DNA of 64,000 bases. Source: a virus. The position numbers and the translations under genes are program-made. The notes below the pieces were generated by a model. That model had not been told where the DNA came from, searched no databases, and was given only the letters and a program-made list of their open reading frames with translations. The DNA lies in the IMG/VR virus record IMGVR_UViG_3300032242_000488, positions 1 to 64,000 of that record; one strand, written 5' to 3'. This document shows positions 1 to 6,977 of this stretch, piece by piece. How positions within the stretch are numbered: the first letter of the stretch is position 1; every line of letters begins with the position of its first letter.

Positions 1-366
1 GCTCGCGAAGAAGGATTCGAAGATGTTGCCAAGCACTTTGAACACACAGCAGATCAAGAACTGCTACATGCATGGGGCCATTTAGAATTGCTAATCGGCA
101 AGCCATCAACAAAAGAATGTTTGGAAAAAGCCATTGAAGGCGAAACATATGAGTTCACTCAAATGTATCCACAGTTCCAAGCTATTGCTGAACGTGAAGG
201 CGAATTAGAAGCCGCAAAAGAAGCCGCAAGTCAAATTGAAGAATCAAAAGAACATGCCGCACAGTTTGCCGCAGTCTTAGCCAAAGCAGAGAAACGTTTC
301 AATGCTCTTAAGAAAGTTGAAGAACGTCATGCCAATGCATACAAACAAGTTTTGGAGACACTATAA
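1..366 (+). CDS. rubrerythrin (5' truncated by window edge)
   Basis: Frame open from base 1 (AREEGFEDVAKHFEHTADQELLHA...EGETYEFTQMYP...EESKEHA); ExxH di-iron motifs typical of rubrerythrin. Confidence 0.85.
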   Translation, partial: AREEGFEDVAKHFEHTADQELLHAWGHLELLIGKPSTKECLEKAIEGETYEFTQMYPQFQAIAEREGELEAAKEAASQIEESKEHAAQFAAVLAKAEKRFNALKKVEERHANAYKQVLETL

Positions 367-503
367 TGAACGATCAAGTATATATCTGTGTAGTCTGCGG
401 ACACGAACACAATGAAGAACTAGAAGGCAAGTGGGATGAATTAGATGAGTCCTTTACTTGTCCCGAGTGCGGTTGCGGTAAAGACGAATACGAGGCATTC
501 TGA
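366..503 (+). CDS. rubredoxin (45 aa, not in ORF track)
   Basis: MNDQVYICVVCGHEH...FTCPECGCGKDEYEAF; two CxxCG motifs; start overlaps the rubrerythrin stop. Confidence 0.85.
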   Translation: MNDQVYICVVCGHEHNEELEGKWDELDESFTCPECGCGKDEYEAF

Positions 504-898
504 TGTTAGACTGCCTAATACTCGGTGATTCAATCGCAGTGGGAACTGCACATTTTCGTCCGGAATGTGCTGTCTATGCTAAAAGCGGTATCAACAGCCA
601 CAACTGGTTGAACAAGAACGTAGACAAAAATCTAACTGCAAAAAGTGTTATCATTAGTCTTGGATCAAATGATCACAAAGGTGTAAAAACGTTTCACGAG
701 TTAATGGCAATTCGTCAGCTAACTGATGCAGGTAGGGTCTATTGGGTTCTACCTGCAAACAAACCGGAAGTACAAGAGATAGTTGAAATTATTGCTAAAA
801 ACTTTGGTGATACAATACTGCCTATTACTAGTCTAAGCAAAGACGGTGTACATCCTACAACTGCCGGATACAAAGAATTAGCGGAAAAATCCAGATAA
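503..898 (+). CDS. SGNH/GDSL-like hydrolase
   Basis: GDSIA, LGSND and DGVHP blocks. Confidence 0.8.
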   Translation: MLDCLILGDSIAVGTAHFRPECAVYAKSGINSHNWLNKNVDKNLTAKSVIISLGSNDHKGVKTFHELMAIRQLTDAGRVYWVLPANKPEVQEIVEIIAKNFGDTILPITSLSKDGVHPTTAGYKELAEKSR

Positions 899-905
899 AT
901 ACTGG

Positions 906-1454
906 ATGAAACAATATAACTTTGAAGATTACTTTTCTACAGTAACGATTCCCGAAACTTGGGAAACTTTGGACGAATTTATTGAATGGTTTATGGATTC
1001 CAGAATGCCATGGATGATTCCCGAAGACTCAGAAGTTTATGTTACTGACAACGCTAGTTCTATCATATTGTTTAGACACGATCGCTATCAAGTAGAACTA
1101 TATGTTAACTATCCCAAAAGTCATGTACCTTTGCACGGACACCCGGGCTTAGATGTAGCTACTATGCAAATTGGTAGAATGAATCCCATTCAATGGGGTA
1201 ATGCGGGCAAAGTATTAAAAAGTGGTAAAAAACATACTGCTAACCTAGCTAGTGAAAAAGGCACTGTGTTTTTAACATTTGAAAAGTGGCTACCAGGAAT
1301 ACCAATGACTGGAGCTTCAGTTCAATGGAGCGGAACTACAGTTGGGCCAATACACAGTGAATTAATTAAACGCCATTTTCCTAATGTAGAAATAATTAAC
1401 GGAGTTTCTAATTTAACTATTGAAATGATTCAGAAAACAGACCACAATGCCTGA
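906..1454 (+). CDS. hypothetical protein, possible cupin fold
   Basis: VPLHGHP motif; TAAATA at 896-901 just upstream. Confidence 0.5.
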   Translation: MKQYNFEDYFSTVTIPETWETLDEFIEWFMDSRMPWMIPEDSEVYVTDNASSIILFRHDRYQVELYVNYPKSHVPLHGHPGLDVATMQIGRMNPIQWGNAGKVLKSGKKHTANLASEKGTVFLTFEKWLPGIPMTGASVQWSGTTVGPIHSELIKRHFPNVEIINGVSNLTIEMIQKTDHNA

Positions 1455-1466
1455 ATTAAAAAAAAT

Positions 1467-2609
1467 ATGGAACTCTTTGACCCACATTCAAATGAATGGC
1501 TGTTAAACAAATTTAAAATATATAAAGACCTACAATCTAGAGATACGGCATATTATAGCAAAAAATATAAGATGTACGTCATCACTAGATATGAAGATGT
1601 TGTATATGCCCTAACGAACCCTGACTTGTTTATATCCGGTCAAGGAAATTTGATAGTTGAAGACCCCCGTAGATTTGGCCGGACCCTGGGTGCAAGTGAT
1701 AATCCTACTCACGATATATTAAAAAATATTGTAAAAAATGCATACGCAAAGCATAATTTAGAACGGATCTCATCGTTGTATAGGGAAAAAGTTAGAAACG
1801 AACTTTCCAACAAAACCTTAATAAATTTATCAGAAGTGGCTGATCAAACTACAGCATGGGCAATTGCAGAACTACTTAATTTACCGTATCCCAAAGAATA
1901 TATTAAAAATTTAGTAATAGATATACAACGACATGCGCCTCAGTGTGTTATGTATAACCAGAAAGCTGAATTGTTTGAAAAGTTGATGAAGATAGTAGAT
2001 CGTGCTATTAGTACAAATCAACCTGCTCAGGGTCCTGGAATGTATGAAGAGTACGTATTAGCAAACAGACTAAATCACCGGAATGGCCTATCGTTATTTA
2101 CTGGACCTACTATATCTGGTGCTAGCTCTATGACCGGTGCTATAGAATTTATGATATTAGATTTGTTTAGAGAAAATAAGTATCAAGATGTTTTAAATGA
2201 CCCGTCCCTAATTCCAAACGCAGTAACTGAATCTTTAAGATTTAATGCATCCACTGGACGATTTAGAAGGACAGTTAGCAATCCTATTAGACTACATGGT
2301 ATAGATTTATTAGCTGGTGACGCTGTAGCGTTATGTTATGATGCGGCCAATCGAGACTCGACAAAATGGGACAACCCTGATATGTTTGATTTAACTAGAA
2401 ATAATACTGGTATGGCATTTGGCCATGGATTGCATGCCTGCATTGCTCTATATTTTAGCAAATCACTTATGTCGGTCTTCTTAGAAGAGTTTATAAATAT
2501 AGTAGGGGCATATAAAGTTATTACAAAACACGAAGACTTGCAGTATGTAATAACTGCTAGCGGTAATGACGATATGATCTCAAATATCTATATAGAAAAA
2601 ATAAACTAA
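1467..2609 (+). CDS. cytochrome P450
   Basis: ExxR (ESLR), AANRD and heme-ligand motif FGHGLHACIA. Confidence 0.9.
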   Translation: MELFDPHSNEWLLNKFKIYKDLQSRDTAYYSKKYKMYVITRYEDVVYALTNPDLFISGQGNLIVEDPRRFGRTLGASDNPTHDILKNIVKNAYAKHNLERISSLYREKVRNELSNKTLINLSEVADQTTAWAIAELLNLPYPKEYIKNLVIDIQRHAPQCVMYNQKAELFEKLMKIVDRAISTNQPAQGPGMYEEYVLANRLNHRNGLSLFTGPTISGASSMTGAIEFMILDLFRENKYQDVLNDPSLIPNAVTESLRFNASTGRFRRTVSNPIRLHGIDLLAGDAVALCYDAANRDSTKWDNPDMFDLTRNNTGMAFGHGLHACIALYFSKSLMSVFLEEFINIVGAYKVITKHEDLQYVITASGNDDMISNIYIEKIN

Positions 2610-2716
2610 AATGTCTAAGATCCCTACAATCAAGCCCAATATACAAAAAACTAAACAAGTAGACCCACGTAAAACATACCATGGAATAATCCCTGTGGTT
2701 ATAATAGGAAAAAAGA

Positions 2717-3082
2717 ATGTTAACACCAATAATTAATATAGGTTTAGTAGCTAATATGTTTGTGAGACAAATGCACTTTAAAGAAGCCGGGGCATCTGAA
2801 CAGGGACATGCACACACATTTGATCATCTAACTTTATTAGCAAGCGGAAAATTGCAAGTAGAAGCAAACGGTGAGATTACAGAATATACTGCACCTACCA
2901 TGATTTACATTAATTCAGAAGTAGAGCATAAGTTGACGGCACTAGAACCTGAAACTGTAGCCTATTGCATACACGGCCTTCGAGACCTTGATAAGTCGGA
3001 TGATATTATTAGTCCGGACATGATTCCAAATGGTGTAGTTTATAAAAAATTAGCCGGGCAAGTGCTCGCAACTGGAGAATAA
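2717..3082 (+). CDS. cupin-domain protein
   Basis: GHAHTFDHLTLLASG...EHKL cupin motifs. Confidence 0.7.
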   Translation: MLTPIINIGLVANMFVRQMHFKEAGASEQGHAHTFDHLTLLASGKLQVEANGEITEYTAPTMIYINSEVEHKLTALEPETVAYCIHGLRDLDKSDDIISPDMIPNGVVYKKLAGQVLATGE

Positions 3083-3083
3083 T

Positions 3084-3338
3084 ATGTCTGTTACAATTAT
3101 AGTAAATTGGGCTAGCGTTAATGATAAAATAGACGGTCTCGAATTTGCTGCCGAACGCAAGGCCAAATTAGAATTAATGTATACGGAAGGTAAACTTATA
3201 GGATTTAAGCAAAATGATTTATCTGCCAAGGTATCGCTGACTTTTAACACTCAGTCGGACGCTGAAGAATGGAAAACATTTATCCAAGACCTTGCTACTA
3301 GATACAACAAAACCATTTTGTCTATTGTCACTATATAA
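3084..3338 (+). CDS. hypothetical protein
   Basis: GGAG RBS, coupled to upstream gene. Confidence 0.6.
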   Translation: MSVTIIVNWASVNDKIDGLEFAAERKAKLELMYTEGKLIGFKQNDLSAKVSLTFNTQSDAEEWKTFIQDLATRYNKTILSIVTI

Positions 3339-3370
3339 CCCTTCATTTTGGCCGGATATCGCCAGAGGTC

Positions 3371-3399
3371 TTGACAACGAGACTAAATAAAACTATAAT
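3371..3399 (+). promoter_or_regulatory. sigma70 promoter
   Basis: TTGACA-N17-TATAAT, perfect consensus. Confidence 0.85.
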
Positions 3400-3471
3400 A
3401 GAGTCATGTCAACAAAAGCTAGCGGCATCCGACTGTTGTAGAAATACAACAAACAAGATAGCCAAAAGTGG

Positions 3472-3500
3472 TTGACACAAGTGCAGAAAGGCACTATAAT
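3472..3500 (+). promoter_or_regulatory. sigma70 promoter driving leader and tRNA array
   Basis: TTGACA-N17-TATAAT, perfect consensus. Confidence 0.85.
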
Positions 3501-3557
3501 TAACACATGAACTAGCAATTCCGCTAGTAAATTTAAAAGGTTTAAAAGAGAAACAAA

Positions 3558-3707
3558 ATGCAATCGTTTAACAGACAACAATGTACGAAACATTCGATAG
3601 CCCAGGTGGGAGGCTTTATGCCCTCTTATTGGCTGGCGATTAATAGTACAAGTCTATCAAATGATCGTTTACCAGAGATTCAAAGGGTCCGGAGGACTGT
3701 CGTGTAA
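3558..3707 (+). CDS. putative attenuator leader peptide (49 aa)
   Basis: MQSFNRQQCTKHSIAQVGGFMPSYWLAINSTSLSNDRLPEIQRVRRTVV; all 20 amino acids; 3' end overlaps antiterminator strand AGGGTCC. Confidence 0.65.
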   Translation: MQSFNRQQCTKHSIAQVGGFMPSYWLAINSTSLSNDRLPEIQRVRRTVV

Positions 3708-3736
3708 CATACAAGTTAACACAACAAACTTCAAGG

Positions 3737-3771
3737 ACCCTAGGATTAAAACCCTGGGGTTTTTTGTTTTT
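3737..3771 (+). terminator. intrinsic terminator (attenuator)
   Basis: ACCCTAGG/CCTGGGGT stem followed by TTTTTGTTTTT; 5' arm can alternatively pair with 3684-3690. Confidence 0.8.
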
Positions 3772-3784
3772 AAGGAAAGGAAAA

Positions 3785-3961
3785 ATGAAAGAGATAGATC
3801 ATACAAAATTAAATGAACGTATTGTTGAACAGGCTTATGAAGCCGCTCTTAGTAATACTCTTACTAAAGAACAGCTTCAAAAACTTATTCAAGATAAGTT
3901 TGAACGTGCTAGAGTGTATCGCGAAGCAATGGCAAAAATGCCAACGTTTAGCGTAAACTAA
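3785..3961 (+). CDS. hypothetical protein (58 aa)
   Basis: AAGGAAAGGA RBS before ATG 3785. Confidence 0.6.
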   Translation: MKEIDHTKLNERIVEQAYEAALSNTLTKEQLQKLIQDKFERARVYREAMAKMPTFSVN

Positions 3962-4158
3962 AGTACAACGTGTGAAGATACCAGTAACGAGGACTGGGCC
4001 CTGCACGTAAAACATGGGGCGAACGGGCGGCCTACCGGATGGATTATCCTTGTGTGGATAAAAAAATGGTAGCGTATTAAAGCATTCTCAGGCCTTCGGG
4101 CAAGTGGGTTCATCCATGAAGAGTGCTTTAATACACACATTCTAAAGAGTGTGTTAAT

Positions 4159-4245
4159 GGAGGTTGTTCCCTATTGCCGGCTGTAACCCGGTAGGCATAA
4201 TAAGTAGGGTGGCGCCAAGTGGTTCGATTCCATCAACCTCCACCA
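4159..4245 (+). tRNA. non-canonical tRNA-Tyr(GTA)-like RNA
   Basis: 8-bp acceptor, 4-bp T stem, TTCGATT loop, CTGTAAC anticodon loop, CCA; no D arm. Confidence 0.6.
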
Positions 4246-4250
4246 AATTT

Positions 4251-4324
4251 CCTCTTGTAGTTAAATGGTATAACAGTCGGCTGATAACCGGCCATTACAA
4301 GTTCGATTCTTGTCGAGAGGACCA
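4251..4324 (+). tRNA. tRNA-Ile(GAT)
   Basis: Cloverleaf, loop CTGATAA, CCA. Confidence 0.9.
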
Positions 4325-4328
4325 AGTT

Positions 4329-4386
4329 TAGGATACTAACAGCAAATCTTAATCAACTTTCAAATGGTGAAAAAGAATGTATCCTG
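4329..4386 (+). ncRNA. ACAGCAA-scaffold RNA copy 1 (Glu-UUC loop)
   Basis: TAGGATAC/GTATCCTG stem, ACAGCAA, internal ATCAA-CTTTCAA-ATGGT. Confidence 0.75.
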
Positions 4387-4395
4387 TTTAATTAT

Positions 4396-4470
4396 ACTCC
4401 GGTCGTCTAGTGGCTAGGACGCCAGCCTTTCAAGTTGGAGAAGCGGGATCGAAACCCGTTCGGAGTACCA
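4396..4470 (+). tRNA. tRNA-Glu(TTC)
   Basis: Cloverleaf, loop CTTTCAA, variant T-loop ATCGAAA, CCA. Confidence 0.9.
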
Positions 4471-4474
4471 ATAT

Positions 4475-4549
4475 GCCGTTGTAGCTCTCTGGGAGGGTAA
4501 CTGATTGTCTATCAGATTTAGGCGAGTTCGATTCTCGTCAGCGGCGCCA
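4475..4549 (+). tRNA. tRNA-Asp(GTC), divergent
   Basis: Cloverleaf, loop TTGTCTA (pyrimidine at 37), CCA. Confidence 0.8.
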
Positions 4550-4555
4550 ATCTAT

Positions 4556-4634
4556 TCCGTGAAATCCAAGCATGGTGCAAGGACCTGACTGTTAATCAGT
4601 GATTAGGTGAGTTCGATCCTCACACACGGAGCCA
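4556..4634 (+). tRNA. tRNA-Asn(GTT), divergent
   Basis: Loop CTGTTAA, T arm, GCCA end. Confidence 0.8.
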
Positions 4635-4643
4635 ATACAATTT

Positions 4644-4718
4644 GGGGGCAGTAGCGGGCTACGGTTCTCCCTTGCAAGGAGGATGTCTAGAAGGGTTCAA
4701 CTCCCTCGGTCTCCACCA
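4644..4718 (+). tRNA. tRNA-Ala(TGC), divergent with reduced D loop
   Basis: G3:U70 pair, loop CTTGCAA, CCA. Confidence 0.75.
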
Positions 4719-4724
4719 AATTAT

Positions 4725-4800
4725 CTCGCATTCGGTTAGCGGCTATGCCACCTGGTTTGGGGCCAGGAGTTCGAAGGTTCGAGTCCTTCATGCGAGACCA
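4725..4800 (+). tRNA. tRNA-Pro(TGG)
   Basis: Cloverleaf, loop TTTGGGG, CCA. Confidence 0.85.
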
Positions 4801-4806
4801 AGTTAA

Positions 4807-4880
4807 GCCCTATTAGTTAAATGGTAGAACACCTGTTTTGTAATCAGGGGATGGCAGTTCGATTCTGTCATGGGGCACCA
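4807..4880 (+). tRNA. tRNA-Thr(TGT)
   Basis: Cloverleaf, loop TTTGTAA, CCA. Confidence 0.88.
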
Positions 4881-4883
4881 GTT

Positions 4884-4944
4884 TAGGATAGTAACAGCAA
4901 ATTAAAAAATCTTTTCTTGAAAAAAAGCCAAAAATGCTATCCTG
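4884..4944 (+). ncRNA. ACAGCAA-scaffold RNA copy 2 (Ser-UGA loop)
   Basis: TAGGATAGTA/TGCTATCCTG stem, ACAGCAA, internal CTTTT-CTTGAAA-AAAAG. Confidence 0.78.
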
Positions 4945-4973
4945 TTTTATTTTAATGTTCAAAGGAGAACGAC

Positions 4974-4994
4974 ATGAAACGTGCTAAACGTTAG
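4974..4994 (+). CDS. minigene MKRAKR
   Basis: AAAGGAG RBS at 4961-4967, ATG AAA CGT GCT AAA CGT TAG, followed by a strong hairpin. Confidence 0.4.
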   Translation: MKRAKR

Positions 4995-5056
4995 TGTCAT
5001 CCTAGACCCCCGTATGGTCCTGGATGGCACGTAAAAGAAAATCAATTACGAATCAT

Positions 5057-5132
5057 CCACAGCTGGCGTTAACGGTAGCGTACTCGGCTCTTAACCGATG
5101 AGGTGTCAGTTCAAATCTGACGCTGTGGACCA
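5057..5132 (+). tRNA. tRNA-Lys(CTT)
   Basis: Cloverleaf, loop CTCTTAA, CCA. Confidence 0.9.
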
Positions 5133-5135
5133 TAT

Positions 5136-5210
5136 GGGGGTATAACTTAACGGCTAAAGTAGTAGGCTTTTAACCTATTAATCAGAGTTCGATTCTCTGT
5201 GCCCCTACCA
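5136..5210 (+). tRNA. tRNA-Lys(TTT)
   Basis: Cloverleaf, loop CTTTTAA, CCA. Confidence 0.9.
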
Positions 5211-5296
5211 TATGAAAACATATTCGATACGGACATAGTCTGTGTGAGGCAAGATCACCTTCCTTTGACGAGAACGATCCGAGTGTGTTTCCATAT

Positions 5297-5371
5297 GGTA
5301 ATGTAGGACAATGGTAGTCTTCCTCCTTCATACGGAGAGTGTTACTGGTTCAAATCCAGTCATTACCACCA
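5297..5371 (+). tRNA. tRNA-Met/Ile2(CAT)
   Basis: Cloverleaf, loop TTCATAC, CCA; Met versus lysidine-Ile identity not resolved. Confidence 0.8.
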
Positions 5372-5376
5372 ATCAT

Positions 5377-5450
5377 GTATCCCTAGTGTAATGGCAGCAT
5401 TACAGTCTCCAAAACTGTCGGTCGGGGTTCGAGTCCCTGGGGGTACGCCA
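5377..5450 (+). tRNA. tRNA-Trp(CCA)
   Basis: Cloverleaf, loop CTCCAAA, GCCA. Confidence 0.9.
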
Positions 5451-5454
5451 TTTT

Positions 5455-5518
5455 AAGGATGTTAACAGCAAAAATTTATACATTGAACTTTTAATTCAAA
5501 CCGTAAAAATACATCCTG
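5455..5518 (+). ncRNA. ACAGCAA-scaffold RNA copy 3 (Lys-UUU loop)
   Basis: AGGATGT/ACATCCT stem, ACAGCAA, internal TTGAA-CTTTTAA-TTCAA. Confidence 0.78.
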
Positions 5519-5527
5519 TTTTTTTGT

Positions 5528-5601
5528 TCCCGGATAGTGTAGTGGTAACACAACAGACTTTGACTCTGCTATTGTAAGTTCGATTCTTACTCCGGGTGCC
5601 A
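5528..5601 (+). tRNA. tRNA-Gln(TTG)
   Basis: Cloverleaf, loop CTTTGAC, GCCA. Confidence 0.9.
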
Positions 5602-5607
5602 CATAAT

Positions 5608-5684
5608 CGGTCCTTAACTCAGCGGATTAGAGTGTCAGTCTTCGAAACTGAAGGTCGGGAGTTCGAATCTCTCAGGGCCGGCCA
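5608..5684 (+). tRNA. tRNA-Arg(TCG)
   Basis: Cloverleaf, loop CTTCGAA, CCA. Confidence 0.9.
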
Positions 5685-5690
5685 AAATTT

Positions 5691-5765
5691 ATCGCCATAG
5701 TATAATGAATAATACACTACGCTACGAACGTGGGAATAGAGGTTTGATTCCTTTTGGCGGTACCA
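5691..5765 (+). tRNA. tRNA-Arg(ACG)
   Basis: Cloverleaf, loop CTACGAA, T-loop TTTGATT, CCA. Confidence 0.85.
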
Positions 5766-5910
5766 ATGTTGTATCTAACACAAAGTCTGTGTTAATTTTT
5801 TGATATGTAGGTGTAAATGTTTTAACAGTGGTCCAGCAAGCGGGCGATTTATATTTGGTATCGGCCAACTGATCATATAAATTTTTTACAGCTTCTTCAA
5901 CAGTTATCAT
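5722..5910 (-). CDS. small hypothetical protein antisense to tRNA array
   Basis: TATAAATA late-type motif at 5916-5923 on minus strand; 3' end overlaps tRNA-Arg(ACG). Confidence 0.45.
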   Translation of the reverse strand: MITVEEAVKNLYDQLADTKYKSPACWTTVKTFTPTYQKINTDFVLDTTLVPPKGIKPLFPRS

Positions 5911-5922
5911 AATATTATTTAT

Positions 5923-5997
5923 AGTTCCTTAGCGTAGTGGTAGCGCAACACCTTGACATGGTGTGGGTCACTGGTTCGATCCCAGTAGGAACTACCA
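5923..5997 (+). tRNA. tRNA-Val(GAC)
   Basis: Cloverleaf, loop TTGACAT, CCA. Confidence 0.9.
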
Positions 5998-6010
5998 AGA
6001 CTTATTAGGT

Positions 6011-6081
6011 GTGGCCATAGTGTAATGGTAGCACTACATGTTGTGACCTTGTCAGTACGGGTTCAAATCCCGTTGGTCACC
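6011..6081 (+). tRNA. tRNA-His(GTG)
   Basis: Cloverleaf, loop TTGTGAC, C73; CCA not encoded; flanked by inverted repeat ACTTATTAGG/CCTAATAAGT. Confidence 0.82.
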
Positions 6082-6096
6082 CCTAATAAGTTTTTT

Positions 6097-6172
6097 GCCG
6101 CTTTAGCTGATGTGGTCATAGCACCGGTTTGAAGCACCGAGGAACCAGGTTCGATCCCTGGGGGCGGCACCA
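6097..6172 (+). tRNA. tRNA-Phe(GAA)
   Basis: Cloverleaf, loop TTGAAGC, CCA. Confidence 0.88.
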
Positions 6173-6212
6173 AGTTTTGTAGTAATGCAAATTTAAAAAC
6201 TTAAATATATGC

Positions 6213-6890
6213 ATGACTTTATATTTTCCTCAAGCAGATGCTACGTATGTACACATACCCAAAACCGGCGGAACAATGATGCGGGTTTGGGGGGAATTTA
6301 ATATTCCCGATAAAATGACAGAAGGTGTTTGTTTTAGATATCCAGGTACCACCGTTAATCGTCACTGGCAGTTAAACAAAATTAAAGAAGTTTGGCCAGA
6401 CCCTGGAACAGTTTTTACTTTTGTAAGAAATCCCTATGATAGATTAGTTAGCCAATTCCATTGGGTAGGCCAAGCCGCAAAGAAACGACTAAAAGAAAAA
6501 TATGATTACCATTTTGAAAAATCAATTAAATGGGATATTTTAGAATCAAAAAGCTACGACAAAGGATTTGATAGATATGTCAGGGCACTATACAACAAAG
6601 AGTATCACGAAATATGGTTTGACAAATGGCGCTACGAAAACGGATGGACAAGGGCCGATACTCAACTAAGTTGGTTGATCGGTGGTAAGGCCGATATAGT
6701 TATAAAACTAGAAGAAATTGATTCTAAGTTTTATATCATACAGGATCTGCTAGGTTGTAAAGAACCATTCCTAACGGCGCTTAATGCTAGCGAACACGAT
6801 CACTATTCTACATACTATACTGCGGAGACTAAAAAAATGGTCTCTGAAATGTTTAAAGAAGATCTAGATACATTTAATTACGATTTCTAG
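6213..6890 (+). CDS. sulfotransferase family protein
   Basis: HIPKTGGT (5'-PSB) and VRNPYDRLVS (3'-PB) PAPS-binding motifs. Confidence 0.85.
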   Translation: MTLYFPQADATYVHIPKTGGTMMRVWGEFNIPDKMTEGVCFRYPGTTVNRHWQLNKIKEVWPDPGTVFTFVRNPYDRLVSQFHWVGQAAKKRLKEKYDYHFEKSIKWDILESKSYDKGFDRYVRALYNKEYHEIWFDKWRYENGWTRADTQLSWLIGGKADIVIKLEEIDSKFYIIQDLLGCKEPFLTALNASEHDHYSTYYTAETKKMVSEMFKEDLDTFNYDF

Positions 6891-6898
6891 TATATAAT

Positions 6899-6975
6899 GC
6901 CCCTGTACGCTAATTGGTAGTGCGGGTAGACTTAAAATCTGCTGGATGGCGGTTCGAATCTGCCTAGGGGTACCA
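6899..6975 (+). tRNA. tRNA-Leu(TAA), short variable arm
   Basis: Loop CTTAAAA, variable region TGGAT, CCA. Confidence 0.85.
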
Positions 6976-6977
6976 GT

